This document shows positions 19,561 through 30,200 of a stretch of 64,000 bases of DNA, piece after piece (position 1 is the first letter of the stretch; each line of letters starts with the position of its first letter). Source of the DNA: a virus; the IMG/VR virus record IMGVR_UViG_3300035698_014118, positions 1-64,000 of that record. The stretch is one strand, 5' to 3'. A program made the translations under genes and the position numbers. The notes under the pieces are model-generated. The model did no database searches and was not told the DNA's origin. It saw only the letters and a list, made by a program, of their open reading frames with translations.

Positions 19561-20535
19561 ATGTTCTCTATACTGAAAAAAGGCGAGATAGCTAGTGATG
19601 ATAAATCGTACCTTTCTTTTCCTGATGTTATAAAAGGTAAGAATAATAAAGAAGCATTTTTGATTTATAGAGATGCCAATAATCATCATCCAACTTCTTC
19701 TTGTTTAAGATTTTTGAAATCTATTGACTATGGTAGTTCTTGGCTTGAGACTTTTCATATTAATGCATCTTTGATGAAGCAAGGATATGTATGGAATTGT
19801 CCAAGGTTGTCTTACTTACCTGATGGAAAACTATATATAATTTGTGATATAAAAAATCATATTAAAGAGAGTATGGCTTATTTCAAAATAGTATTTATAG
19901 AAGTTAATTCTGAAGGTAGCGAACATGGAACTGTAGCTTTATCCGGATTAGAGGGTATGGTGCCGGATAAATTCGTATATTTTGGTAACAAGATTACTTG
20001 TGCCGCACATGAACGAGATAAACATTCTGACGAGTTAATCCAAAGGGTTCACTGGTCTAGAGACTATGGCAAAACATTTGTAGACTCTAATTTGCTTGCA
20101 AGACAATCTGGCAAAAACTTCTGTGAAGCATCTTTGGTGAATTTTAGAGAACAATATCTGTTAGCGTATTTGAGAGAAAACTCAAAAAAGAAATCTAACG
20201 TATATTTTACTTCTTCTAACAACGTTATGGAATGGGGAAAACCAACTAAAATTCCTATACATGGACACAGAGTCACAGCTTCTTATCATCAAGGTGATGA
20301 AGTCATTGGGACATTCAGAAATACTAAAGATATGAGTATATCTATCTTTTCACATAATCCATTAGACTCTAGTAAAATAGAGTATCTGAATATAGAAGAA
20401 GAAAAAGAAGAGAATATCTACAACTTTGGTTATTCTGGTTGCTTCCAAATTAAGTCTGGTGTCTTCTTTGTGACGTATTATCTTAAGCAAGATAGGGATC
20501 AACCCTTCATTGGGTATGCTATTGTGAAAAGGTAA
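19561..20535 (+). CDS. BNR/Asp-box beta-propeller (sialidase-like)
   Basis: Asp-boxes SIDYGSSW and SRDYGKTF; YLSFPD; FGYSG. Confidence 0.7.
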   Translation: MFSILKKGEIASDDKSYLSFPDVIKGKNNKEAFLIYRDANNHHPTSSCLRFLKSIDYGSSWLETFHINASLMKQGYVWNCPRLSYLPDGKLYIICDIKNHIKESMAYFKIVFIEVNSEGSEHGTVALSGLEGMVPDKFVYFGNKITCAAHERDKHSDELIQRVHWSRDYGKTFVDSNLLARQSGKNFCEASLVNFREQYLLAYLRENSKKKSNVYFTSSNNVMEWGKPTKIPIHGHRVTASYHQGDEVIGTFRNTKDMSISIFSHNPLDSSKIEYLNIEEEKEENIYNFGYSGCFQIKSGVFFVTYYLKQDRDQPFIGYAIVKR

Positions 20536-20609
20536 ATATTTTCATATTTTTGATGATAAGCACCTGTTCATTGGGTATACTAATCAAGAAGATGCAGAAG
20601 GGAGCAATT

Positions 20610-21245
20610 ATGAATTCGTTAAGAAATATAACTTTGGTGCTGAATAAGAGTTGGTTACCAGTCCGTGTAGAAACGGCCAAGATGTCCATTAATAGAGCTT
20701 TCAACGGTTTTGTTTCAATCGTGGACGAGGAAGACCTACAAGCTTATAGCTGGGAAGATTGGGTTAGCAATTTTAGTCTGCCCAGAGATCAGGATTGGCC
20801 TTACGATACTCTATATGTTAGTGCTTCGCATATTAATATACGTCTGCCTCGTGTAATTATTTTGATCAACTATAACAAGTTGCCAAAAATGAGTATTAGG
20901 CTAACTAAAAAGAATCTACTTATCAGAGACAGATACCGATGTCAGTATACGGGTAGGAAGCTCAGAGCGGATGAAGCTACTGTTGACCACGTTAAACCAA
21001 AAGCGCAAGGTGGAAGACACATATGGCCTAACGTAGTTATCGCTTGCGAAGAGGCTAATTTACGAAAGGCAGATAGAACGCCTGAACAAGCTGGTATGCC
21101 TCTGTTGAAAAAGCCAAAGGCTCCAATCTGGGACCCAGTTTATCCGTCAGTTATGACTGGTGAAGCTCCTGTTTTCTGGAAAAAGTTTATTAAGATGAAT
21201 TATCCAGAAATGAGTGAAGATTCCAATATGTTAAAAGTTGAATGA
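20610..21245 (+). CDS. HNH endonuclease (McrA-like)
   Basis: LVLNKSW.P; RDRYRCQYTG; TVDHVKP...GG...W.NVV.AC...N.RK; start set after GGAG. Confidence 0.85.
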   Translation: MNSLRNITLVLNKSWLPVRVETAKMSINRAFNGFVSIVDEEDLQAYSWEDWVSNFSLPRDQDWPYDTLYVSASHINIRLPRVIILINYNKLPKMSIRLTKKNLLIRDRYRCQYTGRKLRADEATVDHVKPKAQGGRHIWPNVVIACEEANLRKADRTPEQAGMPLLKKPKAPIWDPVYPSVMTGEAPVFWKKFIKMNYPEMSEDSNMLKVE

Positions 21246-21985
21246 TCTATAAAAGGTTAAGACATTACGCAGTAACACAACGTACAACCTTACGATCATG
21301 GTCTATGAGAATGAAGGGTCTTCCCTGTTTTTTAATAGGGAATGGCCCTTCATTGTCAGACCAACCTGTAAGGGGAATTGAGCCTTATTTTTCTATAGGA
21401 GTGAATAGGGCATTCAAACTTATAGACCCAACTATCTTGATGTGGCAGGATATAGAATTATGGATCACTGAGAGAAAATTTCTTAATAAACTTAAAGCTG
21501 TAAAATATTGTAGGGATGTTGCTGATCCAGAAAATATAGCTTATCATTTCAAACTATCTAATGGTGGGTATAAAATCCCGAAAGACCCATTACTATTATG
21601 TGGTAGGGGAAGTACTGGACCCTTGGCATTTCAATTAGCTTGTCTTCTAGGATGCAGTCCGATTATACTTTTGGGGTATGATTGCAAATATAGAGGAAAG
21701 AAAACTGATTTTTGGGGTAAAAACAGATTTCACAAACCACATACGCTGACCAACTGTAGTAGGGGTTTGAAATGGATAAAAGCTACTAGTGATAACAACA
21801 ACATAGAAATTATAAATTGTTCTGATAATGATGTATTTGAAAATCGTTGCTCTTTAGATTCAGCCATTTCTCAAGTAAAAGACAAGTATTCATATGTTGG
21901 AAGGGACATTTTGCTATGTATGTTATTTGGATTGCTATGCGATGCTTCTGATGATCCATCATTAAAACATCGAAAAAAGCCCTAA
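21242..21985 (+). CDS. DUF115/MptE-like (Maf-related) protein
   Basis: CFLIGNGPSL; LACLLGCSPIILLGYD; IINCS. Confidence 0.65.
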   Translation: MIYKRLRHYAVTQRTTLRSWSMRMKGLPCFLIGNGPSLSDQPVRGIEPYFSIGVNRAFKLIDPTILMWQDIELWITERKFLNKLKAVKYCRDVADPENIAYHFKLSNGGYKIPKDPLLLCGRGSTGPLAFQLACLLGCSPIILLGYDCKYRGKKTDFWGKNRFHKPHTLTNCSRGLKWIKATSDNNNIEIINCSDNDVFENRCSLDSAISQVKDKYSYVGRDILLCMLFGLLCDASDDPSLKHRKKP

Positions 21986-22170
21986 AGTTAATCAAGTGAT
22001 TTTTATGTACTTATAATCGTTTTATATTGATTGTAAGTACATTTTTTTGTGCTTGGAAGGCAAGTTCCGACGACGATTTATAACTTTTTTTGCAGATTCT
22101 CGATGAAGATAAAGGAGTGAATTTTGCCGAATTGAATCAAGCCTATAACAACTAGGTACAGGAGAGAATA

Positions 22171-25100
22171 ATGACAGTAAAATTCGGCAAAAGCAAAACT
22201 AGTATCAGTACCATTTCTTATGATGAAGCTTTCAAGGCTTCTTTAGAGTATTTCAAAGGCAACGATCTAGCAGCAAAGGTATTTTTAGACAAATATGCTT
22301 TAAGAAACAAAGAACAAGAATTACTAGAAGCCACTCCAGCGGACTTGCACAAAAGAATAGCTAAAGAATTAAGTCGAATAGAGAAGAAGAAGTTTAAAAA
22401 ACCTCTATCGTTTGATACAATTTATTCGTATTTGGATCATTTCAAAAAGATTATACCTCAAGGTTCTCCTATGTATGGAATAGGAAACACGTTTCAGTAT
22501 GTCACTCTCTCTAATTGTTTTGCTCCAGGAACAAAAATCCTTACTGATATCGGAGTTAAACGTATTGAAAAAGTCAATATTGGGGATAAAGTTATCACCA
22601 AAACTGGAGTGATCCATGCTGTAGAACAAATTCATAATAATGTGGTTAATGACAGACAGCTATATGAAATAAAATGTTACAGAACTCCAACTTTACAAGT
22701 AACGGGTAATCATGAATTTTGGTCTATTACTAAGGAACAACAAGAATGGGGTGAAGAAGTTCAATGGAATTCTATAGACCAATTACGTAAGGGCGATTTC
22801 ATAGCAATTCCATGTAAAAACGAGATAGCCGCCGAGCCAACTATAATTAATGTTCGTAACGAATTTGATCTTTGCGATTTAACAGATACCATAGAATACA
22901 CCTATGCATTATCTGGATGTTATAATCAAGAGAAGATGATAACAACTTCACATTGGATTGGTGGGAATGGTGCCAAGGGTCATAAAGAACATAGACCCAT
23001 TAACGTGAAATGGACGGTAGATAAGGAGTTTTCAAGATTTTTAGGATTATGGTATGGCGACGGGTGTATATTCTGTGAAGGTGGGAGTGGTCATAATCGA
23101 AACAGAATTCGTGGTATTACTTTTACTTTTGGCAGCGACGAAGAAAACTTAATCGAATTTGTTAGTTCATATGGTACAAAACTATTTGGAATCTTACCTG
23201 ATATAAACAATAATTCCGGTATAGATGGAACGGTACAAATCGTTTTTCATTCCTTTTTAATTGGCAAAGTATTCGAGCAAATGTTCGGTCGAGGATGCAG
23301 TGGGAAAAAGATGTATACTCCTGCATTTAAGTGGAGTAATTATCTAATCGAATCTCTTCTCGTTGGTATGATCGAGTCTGATGGTACTGTTACAAAAGAA
23401 GGTCAGGTTAGGATCGTACTAAATAATAGAAATCTTATCGAAAGTTGTTACCATCTGGCGCGTTCTATAGGTTTGCCCGTAGGTATAACTCATGGGATAG
23501 AACCTCACAAATATAGTAGAATTAATTTTCCCCAAAATTCAAGACTACTCAATAATGTGAAAAAAAGTTATAACGATGATAGAATAAAAAAAGCCATATC
23601 TACAAAAGAATCACTTGTTAAGATACTAAAAAAAGATGGTTATCTTTTAGTAAGAATTGATAAGAAGAATAAGATAGAATCTAATCCAACTGATGTAGTT
23701 TATAATTTAGGTATATCCGGAGAACATTCTTACAATGTCGAGGGATTAATATGCAAAAACTGCTATGTTATTGCTTCTCCTGCTGATGCTTATTCTGGAA
23801 TATGTCATGCAGATCAAGAGCTTGTTCAAATTAGTAAAAGACGTGGTGGGGTTGGTCTTGACATCTCAAATCTTCGTCCTGTTGGAACAGCTACGTCGAA
23901 TGCAGCAAAAAGTAGTACTGGCATTCTATCTTTCATGCAAAGATATTCCAATTCTATTCGTGAAGTTGGACAGCATGGAAGAAGAGGAGCTTTGCTTATA
24001 TCGATGAGCGTTCATCATCCTGAAATTCTTAGATTTGCCAAGTCTAAAAGAGATTTGCAGAAAATTACAGGTGCTAACATCTCTATTAAACTTACTGATG
24101 AGTTCCTGGAGGCTGTTAAGAAGAATAAGAAATACGAAGTACGTTGGCCTGTTGATTCTAAGAATCCTACGATTAAACAAGAAATAGATGCAAAAGAAGT
24201 ATGGATGACTATTATAGAGAATGCCCATGCGACCGGCGAACCTGGACTTTTGTTTTGGGATAAAATCATTTCTGAAAGTCCTGCTGATTGTTACGCCGAA
24301 TTCGGATATGCAACAATCAGTACAAATCCGTGTAGTGAATTACCGCTAAGTGCCTATGATTCATGTAGACTTCTAGTATTGAATACATTAACTTATGTGA
24401 AAAATCCGTTTACTAAAGAAGCGGTTTTTGACTACGAAGAATTCTATAAAGATGCACAAATTGCTCAAAGATTAATGGATGATATTTGTGATCTTGAAAT
24501 AGAAAGTGTCATGCGAATTCTTGAAAAGATCAGGAATGATCCTGAGTCAGACGAACTAAAGAATGTTGAACTTAAATTATGGAAGAAAATCAAAAAGAGA
24601 TGTTCCCATGGCAGAAGAACCGGTACAGGCGTAACTGCTGTAGGCGATACGCTTGCTGCTTTGGGTATCAAGTATGGTTCTAGTGACAGCATTAAAACAG
24701 TTGGTGATATATATAAAACTTTGAAACTTGGATGTTATCGAAGTTCTGTAGATATGGCTAAAGAACTTGGCCCATTTAAAGTATGGAATCATAAGCTAGA
24801 AAAACAAAATCCATACTTGCTTCGCATAAAAGAAGAAGATAAGGTGCTGTGGCAAGACATGAAAAAATTTGGCAGAAGAAATATAGCATGTCTAACCACA
24901 GCACCTGCTGGTAGTGTCAGTATCTTAACAGAAACTACATCAGGTATCGAGCCTCTTTTCCAGATGCAATATAAACGTCGTAAAAAAGTCAATCCTAACG
25001 ATAGTGATATTAGAATAGATTTCGTGGACAAGACTGGCGATACATGGCAAGAATTTATTGTGTATCATCCTCAAGTTACAACTTGGACTAAAATAACAGG

Positions 25101-25938
25101 AGAAGAAGATATAACCAAATCTCCTTGGGCAAGTTGTTGTGCACAAGATATTGATTGGCAAAATAGAGTTAAGTTACAAGCAGAAGCTACCAAACATATT
25201 GATCATTCTATATCGTCTACTGTCAATTTGCCTGAAGATGCCACTGTAGAAGATGTTGCTAAGATATACGAAGAAGCATGGAAAGCTGGATGTAAAGGCA
25301 TTACGGTATATCGTGAAAATTCCAGAGCAGGCGTTTTGATTGATAATAAACCAGACAAGAAAAAGAAAGAAGACGACGATTGCATTGATTGCAAAAGACC
25401 TCCAAAAAGAGAGTTTATCGATAAGATCAACAAAAATCATGCTCCTAAGCGACCTAATACGCTGCCATGCAACATATATCACGTAAGTGTTAAAGGCGAA
25501 ACGTATTTTGTTATTGTTGGCTTGTTGGCAGATGAACCATATGAAGTATTCGCTGGCAAAAACGGACAAATTAAAAAGAATGTAAAGAAAGGCGTTGTTA
25601 CTAAAGTAAAAAGAGGTCAATATAAATTAGTATTAGAGGATGGAACAGAGATAGAAAACCTTGGAGATTATTCAAGCGAAAATGAAGAAGCAGTAAACAG
25701 GATGACATCTACTTCTTTGCGTCATGGAGCGGACATATCGTTTGTTGTTCATCAACTTGAAAAGGTCAAAGGCGATTTAATGAGTTTAGCTAAATCTATG
25801 TCTAGAACTCTAAAGAAGTACATAGAAGATGGAACTAGAGTAACAGGGGAAACCTGTGAAGAATGTAAGATGGATAGCCTTGTGCGAGAGCAAGGGTGTG
25901 TAAGTTGCCTAAATTGCGGGTGGAGTCGCTGCTCCTAA
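22171..25938 (+). CDS. nrdJ: Class II (B12-dependent) ribonucleotide reductase with intein
   Basis: PQGSP; RRGGVG; GRRGA; GEPG; TNPCSE; APAG; GIEP; ISSTVN; GCKGITVYR; C-terminal Zn ribbon. Confidence 0.92.
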   Translation: MTVKFGKSKTSISTISYDEAFKASLEYFKGNDLAAKVFLDKYALRNKEQELLEATPADLHKRIAKELSRIEKKKFKKPLSFDTIYSYLDHFKKIIPQGSPMYGIGNTFQYVTLSNCFAPGTKILTDIGVKRIEKVNIGDKVITKTGVIHAVEQIHNNVVNDRQLYEIKCYRTPTLQVTGNHEFWSITKEQQEWGEEVQWNSIDQLRKGDFIAIPCKNEIAAEPTIINVRNEFDLCDLTDTIEYTYALSGCYNQEKMITTSHWIGGNGAKGHKEHRPINVKWTVDKEFSRFLGLWYGDGCIFCEGGSGHNRNRIRGITFTFGSDEENLIEFVSSYGTKLFGILPDINNNSGIDGTVQIVFHSFLIGKVFEQMFGRGCSGKKMYTPAFKWSNYLIESLLVGMIESDGTVTKEGQVRIVLNNRNLIESCYHLARSIGLPVGITHGIEPHKYSRINFPQNSRLLNNVKKSYNDDRIKKAISTKESLVKILKKDGYLLVRIDKKNKIESNPTDVVYNLGISGEHSYNVEGLICKNCYVIASPADAYSGICHADQELVQISKRRGGVGLDISNLRPVGTATSNAAKSSTGILSFMQRYSNSIREVGQHGRRGALLISMSVHHPEILRFAKSKRDLQKITGANISIKLTDEFLEAVKKNKKYEVRWPVDSKNPTIKQEIDAKEVWMTIIENAHATGEPGLLFWDKIISESPADCYAEFGYATISTNPCSELPLSAYDSCRLLVLNTLTYVKNPFTKEAVFDYEEFYKDAQIAQRLMDDICDLEIESVMRILEKIRNDPESDELKNVELKLWKKIKKRCSHGRRTGTGVTAVGDTLAALGIKYGSSDSIKTVGDIYKTLKLGCYRSSVDMAKELGPFKVWNHKLEKQNPYLLRIKEEDKVLWQDMKKFGRRNIACLTTAPAGSVSILTETTSGIEPLFQMQYKRRKKVNPNDSDIRIDFVDKTGDTWQEFIVYHPQVTTWTKITGEEDITKSPWASCCAQDIDWQNRVKLQAEATKHIDHSISSTVNLPEDATVEDVAKIYEEAWKAGCKGITVYRENSRAGVLIDNKPDKKKKEDDDCIDCKRPPKREFIDKINKNHAPKRPNTLPCNIYHVSVKGETYFVIVGLLADEPYEVFAGKNGQIKKNVKKGVVTKVKRGQYKLVLEDGTEIENLGDYSSENEEAVNRMTSTSLRHGADISFVVHQLEKVKGDLMSLAKSMSRTLKKYIEDGTRVTGETCEECKMDSLVREQGCVSCLNCGWSRCS
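22516..23760 (+). mobile_element. Intein (415 aa) with LAGLIDADG homing endonuclease in nrdJ
   Basis: LSN|CFAPGTKILT ... VTGNHEF ... LGLWYGDG, LVGMIESDG ... VYNLGISGEHSYNVEGLICKN|CYV. Confidence 0.9.
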
Positions 25939-26016
25939 TCACATTTATACCAGGATAAATGAAGGAGATATACATTAGATATGTAACCTGTAGATAGAAC
26001 TATAAGGAGATATCTT

Positions 26017-26763
26017 ATGAGAAAATCCAACAGGCTTATAGATTTAACTGGAAAAATCGCAGGTAACTGGATGGTTATTGAAAGAGATACCAAAAACCAT
26101 AAAGGAAATTCGGCGTATTGGGTGTGCAGGTGCAAATGTGGTAATGAAAAAGCATTGCGTTCTGATGTCATACGTAAGCATTTACCTAAATCTTGTGGGT
26201 GTGCTAACTTCCGGGTATCGACAGGAGACAAGATAGGCCATTTAACAGTTGTTGGTCGTGACAATAAACCAATCAGGAATAGAAGCAGAAGTGTATTCTG
26301 GATATGTCAATGTAGTTGTGGAAAACAAATTAGTATATCCTCTGCGGCATTGAAATATGGTTGTAACAGGTCTTGTGGTTGTAAAATGAATAGAGTAGGT
26401 ACAGAACATCCATGTTTTGCTGGATATAAAGAATTACCGAAATCAATCATTGCTCGTGCAAAAAGTGGAGCTAGAATTAGGAACTTGGTATTTGATGTAT
26501 CTGCTAAATATTTATATGAATTATACATTAAACAAAACAAATGTTGTATATTATCTGGATTACCTATAGTTTTTGGTAATAAAAGTCGAGACAAAACAAA
26601 AGCTATAGAATGTACCGCGAGCTTGGACAGAATCGATTCTACTAAGGGGTACATAAAAGGCAACGTTCAGTGGATGCACAAAACAGTAAACCTAATGAAA
26701 AATAAATTAGATCAAGCATATTTTATTGATATGTGCGTACATATATCAAATAAATGCAATTAA
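26017..26763 (+). CDS. Free-standing HNH-type homing endonuclease with Cys-rich repeats
   Basis: Repeated W.C.C.CG ... SCGC; SLDRIDSTKGYIKGNVQW.H..VN.MK. Confidence 0.8.
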   Translation: MRKSNRLIDLTGKIAGNWMVIERDTKNHKGNSAYWVCRCKCGNEKALRSDVIRKHLPKSCGCANFRVSTGDKIGHLTVVGRDNKPIRNRSRSVFWICQCSCGKQISISSAALKYGCNRSCGCKMNRVGTEHPCFAGYKELPKSIIARAKSGARIRNLVFDVSAKYLYELYIKQNKCCILSGLPIVFGNKSRDKTKAIECTASLDRIDSTKGYIKGNVQWMHKTVNLMKNKLDQAYFIDMCVHISNKCN

Positions 26764-26778
26764 GAAAGGAAATGTATA

Positions 26779-27207
26779 TTGAAAATTGAAATTAAGAAGT
26801 TAAGAGAAGATGCTGTTATCCCTAAGTACCAGACTACAGGTGCAGCAGGATTTGATATTCACTCTTTAACAGAAGGTTTTGTAGAAGCAGAAAATAAACT
26901 TATTGTTGATACAGGATTAGCGTTTGCTATTCCCGAAGGTTATGAACTTCAAATACGTCCTAGAAGTGGATTGGCTTTTAAGTATAACATAACAATTATT
27001 AATTCGCCTGGTACGTTAGATTCTGATTATCGCGGCGAGCTGAAAGTTGCTTTATTCAACTTGTCAAAGGTCACACGACTTGAAGTCAAGATGGGTGATC
27101 GAATAGCACAATGCATTGTCAATAAGATAGAGCAAGCTGAAATTCTTGTAGTTAATGAGTTAAGCGAAACAGAAAGAGGCGATAACGGCTTCGGCTCTAC
27201 TGGATAA
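26779..27207 (+). CDS. dut: Trimeric dUTPase
   Basis: AAGFD; IRPRSGLA; PGTLDSDYRGE; GDRIAQ; RG..GFGSTG. Confidence 0.95.
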   Translation: MKIEIKKLREDAVIPKYQTTGAAGFDIHSLTEGFVEAENKLIVDTGLAFAIPEGYELQIRPRSGLAFKYNITIINSPGTLDSDYRGELKVALFNLSKVTRLEVKMGDRIAQCIVNKIEQAEILVVNELSETERGDNGFGSTG

Positions 27208-27229
27208 ATAAAGGTTTTTCAAGGGAACG

Positions 27230-27263
27230 ACGATAGTATGTACGTATACATACTATCGTTTTT
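27230..27263 (+). terminator. Hairpin terminator after dut
   Basis: acgatagtatgta-cgta-tacatactatcgt 13-bp stem followed by tttt. Confidence 0.65.
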
Positions 27264-27283
27264 CATGTACATAGAAGGATAAA

Positions 27284-30200
27284 ATGAGCGCTAAAATATT
27301 CGTAGCTACTAACGGGGACGACGCTGGCGGTGACGGCAGTTTCCAAAATCCTTATAGGACTATTGATAAAGCCAGACAAGCTTTACGCGATGTTGATGAT
27401 AAAACCAATGCAGTTGTCATATTGAGAGAAGGGACATATTACATCAGTAGTACTGTTGAATTTGATTCTGGGGATGCAGGTGTAGAAGATTCACCCATCA
27501 CTTATATGTCTATGGCTGGTGAGACAGCTACCATTAGTGGCGGAAGTATTATCTACGGGACATGGGAAGCTATGGGTAGTGGTATTTACCGTATATCAAC
27601 TACATTATCTTTTAGGCAGTTATATGTAAATGGTCGCAGAGCCACAAGAGCCAAAAGTCCTTATTATTTAATTACAAAATACGAGCCTATTATTGAAGGT
27701 GACGTTGTTACTAACGGTATATCTGGTCGCATTATAGTTCCTCAAGAACAAGTAACAATATATAGTAATCTTATTGGTGTTGAGATGAAGTTAAAAAGAA
27801 AATGGGCACAACATACACTAAGAATAGCTAGTATAGATAACGATGTTCGTGCTGGTGATGTAGTTAGTGATACTTCTAATTATAGAGCTATTAGTTTTGA
27901 AGCTGAAGAAACAGCTATTTTACCAGTATTTAAACTAAGAGCAAATGTAGATTATTACTTCTTTGAACACGCCCAAGAATTTCTTACAGATACAGATGAA
28001 TGGTGGTTAGATGATGCAAATAATTATTTATATTACAAACCAGTTATAGGTGAAACAATAACAGAAAGTGATTTTATAGTTCCTGTTGTAGAAAATCTAA
28101 TTCATTTTAATGGTACTACAAATATTGTTATACAAGGTATAGAGTTCCAACATGCTTCTTGGGAACGTCCTAGTGATGAAGGTTTTCTGGGACAACAGGG
28201 CGGTTTTTACGAGACATCAACTGTCTTCTACGGTGGAGCATTATATGTCCCAGAATCTGCAATACAAATAAATAATTCTACCAATATCAAATTATATAAA
28301 TGTAGAGTAGAACATTGCGGAGGATGTGGTATAGGTTTTGGTAAATATTCTGATGATAATATAATTTCTTGGTGCCATATAGAGGATATATCTTGTATCG
28401 GAATTTGTATTGCGCCATTTACAGATGATGTATCAACAACTTTATTAACGCTGGATAATATTAGTGTAACTAATACAATCGTTAAATATATAGGTAAAAA
28501 CTATTATGGTTCCACTGGTATATTTTGTCCATATACAACTAACACTACAATTAATCATAATGAAATATCATATACTCCTTATACATCTATACACGGTTCA
28601 TTAGGAAATAGCGACGAGGAAAATAATCTTTATGAATATAATCATATTCATCATTTTATGTCTGAAACAGCAGATGGTGCAGCAATGTATTGTTCGGGTG
28701 CAGTGATTTTCGATAATCTTAAATGGAGATATAACTATATCCACGATGTTGTTATTTCTGATTATAGCAGTGCCCCAGGAGGCGCACATGCTGCATGGTA
28801 TTGTGACCAAATTGGTTCTTCTGGTATAGAACTAGCATATTCTATTGCTAATATGAATTATGTTGGGACAGCAAATGTCACTGCATTATGGGCCTATTGG
28901 GCTGGCAACGATGTTCATGATCTTGAATATGATGTAACTGCAAACGAAATTGCTTATAATGCTGGACCTCAATATACTATCATTCGACCGAATGATACTT
29001 ACAGACTTAATTATGGTGAAATTGTTAAGTTTGTTGGCGAAGATGGCGAACAAGCTTATGTTGTTATTAATGGTGTTAAATATACCGTCAAAAATGAAAG
29101 TGGAGTTGCAGTTTGGTATCTAGGAGATGAAAAACAATATACATTTTCTTCTCTTGGAAGTTCATTTACAGGAGATGCTGATGCGCAACCTTATCAAGTA
29201 ACATATGCTGCTGAAGGTAGCTTTATTCTAGAAATATCTACAGCAACTAGTGAATTGGTAAATGGAACGGTTGTCGCATATAGAGAAAATGATTCAGACA
29301 GTGAAGCTTTTGCAGATGAGTATCTTGAAAAATGGGGTTTGGATTCTACTCATAAAATATCAGTCCAATGCAGCACTACCGAAATACTTTCATCTTATTC
29401 TGTATTCTTGTCCGAAGTAGAAAACCCTATTATTGCATCTATAGCTGTGTTGCCATTTACGACATTAGTAATTGTCTTGGGATTCAATGTGCCAGGTGGA
29501 TTTATAGACGATGGAGATATAATTTCATCCACTTCTAGAATATCGCGAATATTAAATGCTTATTCTAAAAAGACTGAAAACTCCATGTTTGATTTGAAAG
29601 ATTTCAAACGATACACGGATATCACTGACAATACAGATAGAGGCTTAATAGTTGGCAGAATAGATGCTCCTACACTATCCGATGCATTGAAAATTATATC
29701 TTTTGGACAAGAACTTAGAAATCAAGCTCAGGTAACAGGAAGATTTTACTTTGATCCATATTCTAATATGTCAGGTTCTCAAGCGAGTTCATACTATGAC
29801 GAGTTAAATAACTTCTCTACAAGAGTTTTACCTTCTTTGAATTTGAAAACATGCTCAACTACGTTCGTAGACCCTTACGTAGATGTAGTTTTGCCTTACC
29901 TGCAACATGATGCTTTTTCTTGGTCATGGTTTACAGATAGAACCGACTTGTCATTTTTCAGAGATACCGATACAGCTAGAGCGTTTTTGTACAATGCAGA
30001 CTATGACGGTGGATATACTTTAAGGTCTACAGAAGAAGGATATTGGGTACCTTTTGCTTTGAGTTCTGGATATGTATCAGCGGCTGGCGCGTTATCTGAT
30101 CCGTCAATAGATGGCTTCTTAAGACCAACGCCATTCTTCATAGCATTACTCCAAGGTGCTACGTTGGGAGAATCTTTCTTGTATTCTACTCCATTCTTAG

